A stretch of DNA of 64,000 nt from an uncultured Acidimicrobiaceae bacterium (GTDB lineage Bacteria; Actinomycetota; Acidimicrobiia; Acidimicrobiales; RAAP-2), in NCBI GenBank assembly GCA_963769905.1, contig CAVYNG010000002.1, positions 772,040 through 836,039 of the forward strand, given 5' to 3'. Of the stretch, positions 54,103 through 63,705 are shown piece by piece. Below the pieces are notes generated by a model that made no database searches, was not told the DNA's origin, and saw nothing but the letters and a program-made list of their open reading frames with translations. Each line of letters opens with the position of its first letter. Position 1 is the first letter of the stretch. A program made the translations under genes and the position numbers.

Positions 54103-54979
54103 CTAATGCGAGCCCGTATCCGGCAACGGCGCCGGACCCGGTGCGTCAGGGCCGCCGGTCGTCGGCCGCGCTTCCTCGGCAGCCAGAGCAGCCCCGACCT
54201 GGTCGGCGATTGCGACGGCAACCCGCAGCTCCTCCCCCGAGACGGGAGCACCAGGTGTCGGCGTCAGGAGGAAGTGCCCGAGCAGCCATCCGCTGCTGCG
54301 CACCGGGAGGTCGACGCTTCTCGTCGGCAAACCGAGCGCCTCGGTGGACCAGGTCTCGTGGCCGACCACGACGTCGCCGGCCGGCGTGACTCGTGCTGTG
54401 GCATCACCCGGATCGCCACGGGTGAAGCGGCATTCGCGGAGCGTGAGGAGCTCGCGCAGCGCGCTCCCCGCGCTGGCGACGACCAGAGCGGGATCCTGGC
54501 CGCTCGCGGTCAGTTCGGTGACCGCGTGCAGCTGCTCGACGCGCTGGCTGGACATCGAGGCCGCGTTCGCGGTGGCGTCGCCCCCGCGCCGCGAGCTCTC
54601 CTACGGCGAGACCGACCACGATGAGGAGGATCTCGCTGATCAGGTCCTGGTGGTTGGTGATCCGGAACGACTCATACGGAACGGTGAGGAAGTAGTCGAA
54701 GGCGAGCGCGGAGACCACCGCCGCGACAAGGGCGGCCAACCTGCGACCGGTGCTCGCGATCGCCACGATCACCACTACGAGGAAGAGCGCACCGTCCGCG
54801 GCGTCGAGCTGATCGCGCCAGGGGACGAGAAGGGCGGCCATCGCGATCGGCGCCCCGACCGCGGCCACCAGGATCCACCCGTCGGCGCTCAGACCGAGGT
54901 AACGGCGCGAGGACGGCACCGGTCCGAATCGTTCCGGCTCTCCTTCCCGGCCGAGGGGCAAAGACGTGATCGACCCCAT
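54103..54979 (-). pseudogene. Orphan DUF4118 plus GAF-like sensor module without kinase domains, interrupted by a frameshift in the C5 run at 54581-54585
   Basis: The frame of ORF 54404-55165 (from ATG 54979) gives the DUF4118 TM block ...FLVVVIVAIASTG...ALAFDYFLTVPYESFRI...IVVGLAVGELAARG and then turns into Arg-rich nonsense. ORF 54103-54555 continues sensibly (DATANAASMSSQRVEQLHAVTEL...). Removing one C from 54581-54585 joins them. The 877-nt span is not a multiple of 3. Confidence 0.75.
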
Positions 54980-55064
54980 CCGCCCACTCTCACACGCCGA
55001 GGCGCCGGAGGGAAGGGCGGCGGTGCCCGGCGCGCTCCGTCGGTCTCCATGCTTGACTGCCGTC

Positions 55065-55622
55065 ATGGGTGCCTGCCCGACCCTCGTCACCGAACGCCTT
55101 GTGCTCCGGCCCTTCCGCGAGGACGACCTCGACGTGTTCACCGAGGTGATGAGCGCGTCCGACATCAGGCGCAGCCTCCACCGCCCGGAGGACTACTCGA
55201 GATCCGACGCATGGTACGAGATGGCCCTCTGGCTCGGTCAGTGGGAGCTGCGCGGCTCGGGTCAGTGGGCCCTCGAGGAGCGCTCGACCGGTGAGCTGAT
55301 CGGGCGCGCAGGGCTGCACCTGCCCGAGCGTCCCGACTGGCCGGGCCTCGAGGTGGGCTGGGTCGTCCACCCGTCGCGGTGGGGGAGGGGGTACGCGACC
55401 GAGGCCGGCGGTCGGTCCATCTCCTATGCGTTCGAAGAGCTCGGCGCGGAGCGTCTGTTCAGCGTCATCCTCCCGGAGAACGAGCGGTCGTCATCCGTTG
55501 CCCGCCGGCTCGGGTTCCGGCTCGTCGAGGAGCGGGTCCTCTCGACCTACCCCGACGCGCCGCACGGGATCTGGCGGCTCGACCGGGAGCGGCAGGACGG
55601 GGAAGGACCCGGCGTCGGATGA
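55065..55622 (+). CDS. GNAT-family N-acetyltransferase (RimJ/RimL-like)
   Basis: TERLVLRPFREDDLD...IGRAGL...GWVVHPSRWGRGYATEA...SVARRLGF. Confidence 0.88.
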   Translation: MGACPTLVTERLVLRPFREDDLDVFTEVMSASDIRRSLHRPEDYSRSDAWYEMALWLGQWELRGSGQWALEERSTGELIGRAGLHLPERPDWPGLEVGWVVHPSRWGRGYATEAGGRSISYAFEELGAERLFSVILPENERSSSVARRLGFRLVEERVLSTYPDAPHGIWRLDRERQDGEGPGVG

Positions 55623-55647
55623 GCAGCCTGGGTCGGACCGGTCTCCG

Positions 55648-56322
55648 TCAGACGAGATGCAGGCCGCCGTCGACGAGCACCACCGCCCCGGTCATGTACC
55701 GGGCGCAGGCCACGCCGTGGACGATCTCGAGGCCCGGTGAGATCGCGTTGACCCGGATGTCGGGACCGAGTGTGTCGGCGAGGAGTCGGGTCAGGTGGTC
55801 GACCGGGGCCTTGGAGCACGCGTAGGGGATCGAGCTCCCCGTCGCCCGTTGGCCGGCGATCGAGGACACGTTGATCACCTGCCCGTCGTCGCTTGCGCGC
55901 AACAGCGGAACCGCGGCTACCGTGACCTGCCAGGTCCCGATCAGGTTCACGTCGAGGATCCGTCTCCAGACCTCCGGTGTGGCCGCGTCGAGGTCGGCGT
56001 GCGGAATCACCTGGGTGGTACCCGCGTTGTTGACCAGCACGTCGAGGTGTCCGTGACGTTCCGCCACGTGGTCGAGCAGCGAACAAACCTCCCGGGCATC
56101 GGCGACGTCGGCTCGGCAGTAGCTGGCGGCCGGCAGCCCTGCGGCCACCCGTTCGCCGGCCTCGATGTTCGTCACCGAGTTGACCACGACCGTCGCGCCC
56201 GCCGCGGCGAAGCGCCGCGCGCATGCTTCGCCGATTCCGACGGAGGAACCGGTGACCAGCACCACCCGGCCGTCGAAGGAAGCGCTCCCCGGCCCGGGCG
56301 GCGTCGGCTCGAGGTCGGGCAA
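55648..56322 (-). CDS. SDR-family oxidoreductase
   Basis: VTGSSVGIGEA, NNAG, YACSKAP. Confidence 0.88.
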   Translation of the reverse strand: MPDLEPTPPGPGSASFDGRVVLVTGSSVGIGEACARRFAAAGATVVVNSVTNIEAGERVAAGLPAASYCRADVADAREVCSLLDHVAERHGHLDVLVNNAGTTQVIPHADLDAATPEVWRRILDVNLIGTWQVTVAAVPLLRASDDGQVINVSSIAGQRATGSSIPYACSKAPVDHLTRLLADTLGPDIRVNAISPGLEIVHGVACARYMTGAVVLVDGGLHLV

Positions 56323-56362
56323 CGTGCGACTCTACGGCTCGACGTCGCCTAGTTTTCTTGCG

Positions 56363-57248
56363 GTGCGGTTGGTGAGCTTTCTCGACGGGGAGGTGCGCTC
56401 GGGTCTCGTCACGGACGACGAGGTCGTGGACCTCACCGACCCGGTGGTCGGGCTGCCGGGCGCCATGGTCGACCTCCTCGCCCTCGGAGTCGACGCCCGC
56501 GAGGTGCTCGCCGGCGCGCCCTCTACCCGAGCACGCCGTGTCGCGCTCGCGAACGCCCACCTTCTCGCTCCGGTGCCCCACCCGCCCTCGTTCCTCGCGA
56601 TCGCGCTCGAATTACGAGGACCATCTCCGCGAGCTCGGACGGGACCGTCCTGAGTTCCAGACCTGGTTCTCCAAGCAGCCGACCTGCGTGGTGGGACCTG
56701 GTACGGCGATCGAGGTGCCGATGGTGTCGTCGGCGGTCGACTACGAGGGAGAGCTCGGGATGGTCGTCGGACGACGGTGCCGCCACGTCCCCGCGGCGAA
56801 GGCGTTCGACGTGATCACCGGCTTCCTCGTGGTCGACGACGTGAGCGTGCGAGACTGGCAGTGGCGAACCCCGACGATGATGATGGGCAAGGGATTCGAC
56901 ACGCACGGACCGACCGGTCCCTGGATCGTGACGCCCGACGAGCTCGGGGATCCGCAGGACCTGTCGATCAGGACCCGGGTCAACGGTGAGCTCCGCCAGG
57001 ACGGGCGGACCTCGGAGATGATCTTCACTTGTGCCGAGATGGTCGAGCACCTCTCGGCGGCGTTCACCCTCGAGCCGGGCATGGTGATCACGACCGGCAC
57101 ACCGGCGGGCGTCGCGGCGGCCGGGCGTCCCCCGCGCTGGTTGCGTGCCGGTGACACGGTGAGCGTGGAGGTCGAGGGGATCGGGACCCTCACCAATCCG
57201 GTCGTCGACGAGCCCTCGCGGCACGGCGACCCAGACGAAGGCCAGTGA
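56363..57248 (+). pseudogene. Fumarylacetoacetate hydrolase (FAH)-family protein with a one-base frameshift near 56608-56611
   Basis: The N-terminal part is in the frame of ORF 56165-56653, from GTG 56363: VRLVSFLDGEVRSGLV...LLAPVPHPPSFLAIAL. The catalytic part is in ORF 56538-57248: NYEDHLRELG...DYEGELGMVVG...GKGFDT...TTGTPAGV. Deleting one base in CTCGAATT restores AIALNYEDH. The 886-nt span is not a multiple of 3. Confidence 0.75.
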
Positions 57249-57670
57249 GCACGCCCGGCGAGGAGCGCGCCGTCGAGATCACTCCGTCGCTGCACATCCC
57301 ACTTTCCGAACTGCAGTTCCGTTTCGGACCGAGCGGAGGGCCGGGCGGCCAACACGCCAACAAGGTCGCGACCCGTGTCGAACTCCGTTTCGACCTGGCC
57401 TCCTCCACCGCGCTGAGCGCGGCCCAGCGGGACCGCCTGCTCGACCGCCTCGGCAGCGAGATCCGGGTGGTCGCCGACGAGGAGCGCTCCCAGGGTCGCA
57501 ATCGGCGACTCGCCGTCGACCGGTTGCGTGAACGACTGGTCGCCGCGCTGCGGGTCGAGAAGCCGAGACGGCCGACCCGCCCGTCGCGGGGAGCGACCGA
57601 GCGCAGGCTCACCGACAAGCGCCGTCTCTCCGAGCGCAAGAGGGCCCGACGTCCTCCGAGCGAAGAGTGA
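57245..57670 (+). CDS. arfB: Alternative ribosome-rescue factor / peptidyl-tRNA hydrolase (ArfB, ICT1-like)
   Basis: GGQ motif (SGGPGGQHANKVATRVELRF) and a basic C-terminal tail (KRRLSERKRARR). The GTG overlaps the FAH stop (GTGA). Confidence 0.88.
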   Translation: MSTPGEERAVEITPSLHIPLSELQFRFGPSGGPGGQHANKVATRVELRFDLASSTALSAAQRDRLLDRLGSEIRVVADEERSQGRNRRLAVDRLRERLVAALRVEKPRRPTRPSRGATERRLTDKRRLSERKRARRPPSEE

Positions 57671-57676
57671 CCCGGC

Positions 57677-58597
57677 TCAGCCGGCGCGGCGGGTGCGCCG
57701 CGGCCGGCTCCACGCCTCGTCGAGGAACCGGTTGATCTCGGTGGTCAGCCGCTCAGGGCGGAAGCGCAACTCGAGGACGGAGTTGGCCTCGACCAGCTCG
57801 CCCTGTGGCAGCCGCCGTGCGAGCTGCTCGGCGTCGTGAAAGGGGTGGATCCGGTCGACCCGGTGGCCGATGACCAGACAGGGCACGTCGGTTGCCGCAC
57901 GCTGGTCGACCGTCGGCGCGACCGGCCCAGCCAGGATGCCGTGGAGGACTGCGGCCGTCTCGACCGGGTCGTTGGAGAAGGCGTTCATGATGCTGTCGAC
58001 CGGTCCGTTCCCCGTGCGGGGGAGCCGCCGGATCGCCGAGGCGAGGCGCCGGACGGCCGGCCTCGCGAAGTGGACGGCCAGGAGCATCGGGATGAAGGTG
58101 GCGGCCGCGGCGGGGAGCGCCCACTCGAGGACCGGCATCTCGATGAGGAGGCCTTGCACGCGGTCGGGGTTCTCGGCGGCCATCAGCAGGCTCACGTTCC
58201 CGCCGAGCGAGACCCCGCCGATGACAGCGGTCTCGAGACCGAGGTGGTCGAGGAGCGCGACCACGTGGTCGGCATACGTGTCCATCCGGTGAAAGGAGGC
58301 CCGCCGCGGCTTGTCCGACAGCCCGTGCCCGGGCAGATCGAGCAGCACGACCCGGTTGCCGAGCTCGGCAAGGTCCTGGGCGAGGCGGCGGTTGAGATTG
58401 GCGTCGAGGAGGATCCCGTGCATGAACACGAGCACCCGGTGACCGTGTCCGTGGACCTCGTAGGAGAGGCGGACACCGCCGGACTCGAACATGCCGACTT
58501 CGTACGGCGGCGCGCGGTGTCCGAAGCCGTGCGCTCTCGTCGACCTGCCCTTGGGCGGTGTCGCGACGGGTTCCGGCAGCGCGCCCTCAGCGTCCAT
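57677..58597 (-). CDS. Alpha/beta hydrolase
   Basis: HGxLLD oxyanion region (VFMHGILLD) and nucleophile elbow GVSLGG. The start is more likely ATG 58492 (MFESGGVRL). Confidence 0.85.
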   Translation of the reverse strand: MDAEGALPEPVATPPKGRSTRAHGFGHRAPPYEVGMFESGGVRLSYEVHGHGHRVLVFMHGILLDANLNRRLAQDLAELGNRVVLLDLPGHGLSDKPRRASFHRMDTYADHVVALLDHLGLETAVIGGVSLGGNVSLLMAAENPDRVQGLLIEMPVLEWALPAAAATFIPMLLAVHFARPAVRRLASAIRRLPRTGNGPVDSIMNAFSNDPVETAAVLHGILAGPVAPTVDQRAATDVPCLVIGHRVDRIHPFHDAEQLARRLPQGELVEANSVLELRFRPERLTTEINRFLDEAWSRPRRTRRAG

Positions 58598-59441
58598 CGG
58601 GCCAACGGTACGTGTCGGGCCGGCGATGGGACAAGACGGGGAGCTGTCGGCGCACCTGTTCGAGCCGACCGAGGTCGATGTCGGCGATCACGAAGCCCGC
58701 TTCGTCGTCGAGCTGTTCGGCGAGGACGTCCCCCCACGGATCGACGATCATCGAGTGTCCGTAGCAGGGCGGCATGCCCGGCGGCAAGACGCCCACCTGT
58801 GCGGCGGCGACGACGTAGACCTGGTTCTCGACCGCACGGGCGCGCACCAGCAGCCGCCAGTGGGGCGGGCCGGTCGCGGCGGTGAACGCGGCGGGCACCG
58901 CCACGACGGTCGCTCCTTCGAGGGCGAGGATGCGGTAGAGCTCGGGAAACCGGAGGTCGTAGCAGACCGACATCCCGAGGACCGGTGCGGGTTCGGCCTC
59001 GTCGGGATGGATGGTGAGCGGTGCCACGCAGAGCTCGCCACCCGCTGCGACCACCGCGGACTCGTGCACGGTGGTGCCCTCGAGATCCACGTCGAAGAGG
59101 TGGATCTTCCGGTAGACGGCCTCGACCGTGCCGGACGGGCCGACCAGGCAACTCGTGTTGGAGACCCGCCCGTAGGGATCGTCACCGCGTTCGGGGAAGG
59201 TGCCCGCGACCAGCGCGATCTGCAGGCGCGCGGCCAGCTCGGACGCCCACGCGACGGTCGGACCCGCGAGATCCTCGGCGTGGGCGCGGAGATGGGCGCC
59301 GTTCCCGGCGACCGAGAAGTACTCGGGCAGGACGACGAGTCGGCTGCCCTGCGCCGCCGCATCCTCGACGAGGGGTGTCGCAGCCTCGAGGTTCGCCGCG
59401 CGGTCGGGGCCCGCGGTCGTCTGGATGGCGGCGACCCGCAT
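58587..59441 (-). CDS. Carbon-nitrogen hydrolase (nitrilase superfamily amidohydrolase)
   Basis: MRVAAIQTT..., VVLPEYF (Glu), YRKIHLF (Lys), VCYDLRFPE (Cys). Confidence 0.9.
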   Translation of the reverse strand: MRVAAIQTTAGPDRAANLEAATPLVEDAAAQGSRLVVLPEYFSVAGNGAHLRAHAEDLAGPTVAWASELAARLQIALVAGTFPERGDDPYGRVSNTSCLVGPSGTVEAVYRKIHLFDVDLEGTTVHESAVVAAGGELCVAPLTIHPDEAEPAPVLGMSVCYDLRFPELYRILALEGATVVAVPAAFTAATGPPHWRLLVRARAVENQVYVVAAAQVGVLPPGMPPCYGHSMIVDPWGDVLAEQLDDEAGFVIADIDLGRLEQVRRQLPVLSHRRPDTYRWPDGR

Positions 59442-59522
59442 GCCACAGGGTAGGTCGATCGTCGGGCACAATGATCGACGGTGCCGGCACCGCCGGTCGG
59501 TGCCGGCGCGAGGGAGAGTGAC

Positions 59523-60749
59523 GTGTCGTTCGAGGACTCAGACATCGTCCGCAGCGCCGTACGGGTGGAGGGCTTCCGCGACGACGAGTTCAACTACCAG
59601 TTGATCCGTGCCCTGGGTGTCGCCGACTACGGCGGGTCCACCGTCGGCGAGTGCCTGTCGGTCGTGGCCGAGATCGTCGACGGAAGCCCACGCAGCTGGG
59701 CGGCCGCCTTCGAGCGACTCGCCCGACGGGTCGAGGAGCGGGGACAGAGCTGCCTCGACGGGGGCCATCCGGTGAGCGCGCGCGACCACCTGTTGCGGGC
59801 GTCCACCTACCACCGCACGGCCGAGTACTACGCGGAGGGTGACGCAGTCGATGCCGCCCGGACGGGCGAACGGAGCCAGGCCTGTTTCGCGCAGGCGGCG
59901 GCGCTGCTCGAGCCTCCCGTCGAGCTCATCGAGGTGCCCTTCGAGGAGGGCCCGCTTCCCGGCTACCTCGTTCGGCCCCGGGGTGACGGTGGCCCGCGTC
60001 CGACGCTGATCGGCGTCGGCGGGTTCGACTCGAGCGCGGAGGAGCTCTACTTCCACCTCGGTGCTCCCGGGGCCGAACGCGGTTGGAACGTCTTCGTCTT
60101 CGACGGTCCCGGGCAACCCGGGTGCCTGCGCCGCACTCCTTCGATGGTCTTCCGCCCCGACTACGAGGTGCCGATCGGCGCGGTGGTGGACCACCTTTGC
60201 GCCCGCCCCGACGTCGATCCCGAGCGCCTCGCGCTGGCGGGCGAGAGCTTCGGGTCCTACTTCGCCGCCCGTGGCGCCGCGCACGACGGGCGGATCCGTG
60301 CACTCGCGGTCAATCCACCGGTGGTCGACATGAGCCGCTACATGGAGGCGTGGGTCGGAACCGAGGTCTACCGAATGTCGAGAGACGTCCGCCCCGAGGA
60401 CGTGATCGGTGTTCCCGAAGACCTCATGCCCCGTCAGATGCAGTGGGGCATCGCAGCGATCTGTCAACGCTTCGGGGTGCCGTCCTTCCACACGTGGCGC
60501 GACGCGATGGAGCAATTCCGGCTCGGAGACCGGCTCTCGCAGATCCGCTGCCCGTCACTCGCACTGGTCGGCGACCGCGAAGGGGACGAGCCGGCGGCAC
60601 AGTTCGCCACCTTCGTCGAGGGTGTGGGTGGACCGGTCGAGTCGGTGGTCTTCACGGCACTGGACGGTGCGTCCACCCACTGTCAGGTCGACAACCTGCG
60701 GCTCTCCGCGCAGCTGACCTTCGATTGGCTCGACGGTCTGCTCGGCTGA
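59523..60749 (+). CDS. Alpha/beta hydrolase (DHPON-hydrolase/DUF1100-like with N-terminal helical lid)
   Basis: GGGAGAG lies upstream of GTG 59523. Nucleophile elbow GESFGSYF. The family assignment is by overall pattern only. Confidence 0.7.
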   Translation: MSFEDSDIVRSAVRVEGFRDDEFNYQLIRALGVADYGGSTVGECLSVVAEIVDGSPRSWAAAFERLARRVEERGQSCLDGGHPVSARDHLLRASTYHRTAEYYAEGDAVDAARTGERSQACFAQAAALLEPPVELIEVPFEEGPLPGYLVRPRGDGGPRPTLIGVGGFDSSAEELYFHLGAPGAERGWNVFVFDGPGQPGCLRRTPSMVFRPDYEVPIGAVVDHLCARPDVDPERLALAGESFGSYFAARGAAHDGRIRALAVNPPVVDMSRYMEAWVGTEVYRMSRDVRPEDVIGVPEDLMPRQMQWGIAAICQRFGVPSFHTWRDAMEQFRLGDRLSQIRCPSLALVGDREGDEPAAQFATFVEGVGGPVESVVFTALDGASTHCQVDNLRLSAQLTFDWLDGLLG

Positions 60750-60922
60750 CTCCCGCTACCAGCGGTAGCTCGTCCGCCCCTGGCGCCGGAGCCCAGTCGC
60801 GGCAAAGGTGGCGCCGTGAGGACCTCGTTCCGGAGGATCCGGCCGGCGCAGCGCTCGGGGGGCGCCGGTCCTCGAGGGTGTTGGCCGGGCGCCGAGCGGG
60901 TAGACCCCCTGCGGGTTCTGAG

Positions 60923-62287
60923 ATGGCATACGCACTGAGAGGCGAGTCCGGCTCGACGTTCCACGACCGGGGACAGGCCGGGCGGCTACTCGGTGAGCGG
61001 TTGCTGTTCCTCCGGGACGAGCAGCCGGTCGTGCTCGCCCTCCCGAGGGGTGGCGTGCCGGTCGCCGCGGAGGTCGCGCGGACCCTCGTCGCCCCGCTGG
61101 ACGTGCTCGTGGTGCGCAAACTGGGGGTCCCCTTCCAACCGGAGCTCGGGTTCGGCGCGATCGGCGAGGAGGACGTGACGATCCTCGACCGCGACCTCGT
61201 GCGGCGGGCCGGACTCGGCGACAGGGAGATCGAAGCGGTGATCGCGAGGGAGCGCGCCGAGCTCGAGCGACGCGTCGCGCGCTATCGGAGCGGTCGTCCG
61301 CCGGTTGGTGTGCTCGGACGGACAGTGGTGATCGTCGACGACGGCATCGCCACCGGGGGAACCGCCCGGGTCGCGGTGCAGGTGGCTCGCGTGATGGGCG
61401 CCCGCAAGGTCGTCGTCGCGGTGCCGGTCGCGCCGCCCGAGACGGTGGCGCGGCTGCGGTCCGAGGCGGACCAGGTGGTCTGCCTTCTCGTCCCGCCGCA
61501 CTTCGTCGCGGTGGGGCAGTGGTACGAGAACTTCGAGCAGACCTCCGACCGAGAGGTCGGCGCGGCGCTGCGGGAGGCGGACGAGACGACGGGCAGGGAA
61601 CCCGGACCGGGCGGGGAGGTGCACGTGCGGGCGGGCGACGTCGACCTCCCCGGCGAGCTCGTGGTTCCCGAACTCGCATCGGGCATCGTGCTCTTCGCCC
61701 ACGGAAGCGGGAGCAGCCGCCACAGCCCGCGCAACCAGGCGATGGCCCGTGCGCTCGGGGACCACGGCTTCGGGACGCTCCTGTTCGACTTGCTCACCGA
61801 GGACGAGGCGGCCGACCGTCGTCGAGTGTTCGATGTGGCGCTGCTCGGGGAACGGCTCCTCGGCGCGACGGTGTGGGTGCGAGGCCAGCCGGCAGCCGGT
61901 CGGCTCCCGCTCGGGTACTTCGGCGCGAGCACCGGTGCAGCGGCCGCGCTCTGGGCGGCCGGCGCTCCCGGCAACGAGGTGAAGGCCGTCGTGTCGCGTG
62001 GCGGGCGACCGGACCTGGCCGGCCCACGGCTCGGTGCGGTGCGCTGCCCGACGCTCCTCGTCGTCGGTGGCGCGGACACTGCGGTCCTCGCGCTGAACCG
62101 CGAGGCTGCCGCAACGCTACGGTGCACCCACCAGATCGTGATCGTGCCGGGCGCGACCCACCTGTTCGAGGAGCCGGGGGCGATGCAGGCGGTGGCCGAG
62201 TTGGCGATCGACTGGTTCGAGCAGCACCTCCCACGACGGGCAGAGGGGAAGCACCGGGCACCGGACGGCCGCGATCCGGCAGGATAG
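60923..62287 (+). CDS. Fusion: phosphoribosyltransferase domain plus dienelactone-hydrolase-type alpha/beta hydrolase
   Basis: In-frame part of ORF 60083-62287 from ATG 60923. PRPP loop VVIVDDGIATGGT. C-terminal half has LFAHGSGSSRHSPRN, GASTGAAAAL and VPGATHLFE. Confidence 0.85.
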   Translation: MAYALRGESGSTFHDRGQAGRLLGERLLFLRDEQPVVLALPRGGVPVAAEVARTLVAPLDVLVVRKLGVPFQPELGFGAIGEEDVTILDRDLVRRAGLGDREIEAVIARERAELERRVARYRSGRPPVGVLGRTVVIVDDGIATGGTARVAVQVARVMGARKVVVAVPVAPPETVARLRSEADQVVCLLVPPHFVAVGQWYENFEQTSDREVGAALREADETTGREPGPGGEVHVRAGDVDLPGELVVPELASGIVLFAHGSGSSRHSPRNQAMARALGDHGFGTLLFDLLTEDEAADRRRVFDVALLGERLLGATVWVRGQPAAGRLPLGYFGASTGAAAALWAAGAPGNEVKAVVSRGGRPDLAGPRLGAVRCPTLLVVGGADTAVLALNREAAATLRCTHQIVIVPGATHLFEEPGAMQAVAELAIDWFEQHLPRRAEGKHRAPDGRDPAG

Positions 62288-62291
62288 GGTC

Positions 62292-62651
62292 GTGATCTTC
62301 GGCGCCCATCTGGTGGTGTTCAGCGAAGACGCGGACGCCGATCGGTCGTTCCTGTCGGACCTCTTCGGCCTCGAGTCGGTCGATGCGGGCGGCGGTTGGC
62401 TGATCTTTGCGTTACCGCCCGCAGAGATGGCCATCCATCCGAGCGGCGCTCCGGGAGCCGAGCTCCACCTCATGTGCGACGACCTGACAGCGGAGATGGA
62501 ATCCCTCGGCGGTCGCGGAGTGGTCTTCACCGACGTCGAGGAAGTGCAGTGGGGGAGCGTGACGAAGATCATCCTTCCCAGTGGGGGCGAGGCCGGTCTG
62601 TACCAGCCGCGCCATCCGACCGCGATCGACGACCCAATCCGAAGCGCCTGA
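62292..62651 (+). CDS. VOC-family (glyoxalase-fold) protein
   Basis: 119 aa. HLVVFSEDADADRSFLSDLFG...LHLMCDDL...GVVFTD. Confidence 0.7.
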   Translation: MIFGAHLVVFSEDADADRSFLSDLFGLESVDAGGGWLIFALPPAEMAIHPSGAPGAELHLMCDDLTAEMESLGGRGVVFTDVEEVQWGSVTKIILPSGGEAGLYQPRHPTAIDDPIRSA

Positions 62652-62680
62652 GCGAGGTCCGGTGCGAGTTCGGTCGCCGG

Positions 62681-63544
62681 TCAGTGCGACTCGCCTGCCG
62701 GGGTCGGGTAGGCGTCGAGCGCGGCGGCGAGCGCGTCCACTCCGGCGGAGGAGGTGTCCTCGTGGACACCGAGGAGGGGTGTCACCGAGCCCCAGCCGTC
62801 CGCGACGATCGCCGCGTCGGAGCCCGGTTCGAGCTCTGCCCGCTCGGCGACGCGGTCCGACCCCGAGGCTCCGCGCAGGGTCAAGGTGATCGACCCGGTC
62901 GTCCGGTCGAGGGGTGCCCCCGCAACCGGGTCCGGTGTGTTTTCGGGGCGGACCGCCCGGATCAAGCCCATCCTGCCCAGGGAGCCATGGCGCAGGCCTT
63001 TCAACTTGTCCAAGGGAACCGCTGGGACGTTGAGGTTGAGGACGGTCGCAGGGGCCATGCGGATGAGCGCGGGGACCAGCTCCGTCGCGATCCGAACCGG
63101 TGTCTCCCACGGGATCGGATCGGTGGCCCAGGCGATGCTCACCGCGAGGCCGCGGATACCGAACTGTGCCGCGGTCAGCACGGCTCCCACCGTGCCCGAA
63201 TGGAGAGCCGAGCGGCCCGTGTTGAGTCCCTCGTTGACACCCGAGACGACGAGATCGGGCTCGGGACCGAATCCGCCGATGGCGGCGAGGATCACCGCGA
63301 GCGCGGGTGATCCTTCGATGCCATAGGTCGGGACCCGAGCGAGCCCGGGGATCTCGACGGTCTCGTAGGCGATGGACTCTCGGTCGTAGACGGCACCGAC
63401 GGCGGCACCACACCCACTCTGGTTGGTGAGCGGTGCCACCACCACCAAGTCGTCGTCCGCGTCAAGGGTCGCCGAAAGGCCGCGGGCGAGCGCCGCGATG
63501 CCGGGGGCGAAGACGCCATCGTCGTTGGTGATCAAGGTGCGCAT
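62681..63544 (-). CDS. surE: 5'/3'-nucleotidase SurE
   Basis: MRTLITNDDGVFAPGI...SGVNEGLNTG...SGTVGAV. Confidence 0.92.
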   Translation of the reverse strand: MRTLITNDDGVFAPGIAALARGLSATLDADDDLVVVAPLTNQSGCGAAVGAVYDRESIAYETVEIPGLARVPTYGIEGSPALAVILAAIGGFGPEPDLVVSGVNEGLNTGRSALHSGTVGAVLTAAQFGIRGLAVSIAWATDPIPWETPVRIATELVPALIRMAPATVLNLNVPAVPLDKLKGLRHGSLGRMGLIRAVRPENTPDPVAGAPLDRTTGSITLTLRGASGSDRVAERAELEPGSDAAIVADGWGSVTPLLGVHEDTSSAGVDALAAALDAYPTPAGESH

Positions 63545-63705
63545 CGCAGGTGTGCTCTCTGGCGGCCGGGAGACGACACGCGTCGACGCGCATGCCCAGG
63601 TCGTGAGGCCTCGCCTCGGCCTCTTCGCCTACCATACCGGTCGGCATCGGCCACTCCGTGGTCCGTCACGGAGGCGGACCCTCGACCCGAAGAGCTCGCT
63701 ACGCG

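Noticed and set aside
60083-60922. 280-codon N-terminal extension of the PRTase-hydrolase ORF
   Set aside because: It overlaps the preceding alpha/beta hydrolase gene in another frame and is Arg/Pro-rich nonsense. The sensible sequence and the PRTase fold begin at ATG 60923.
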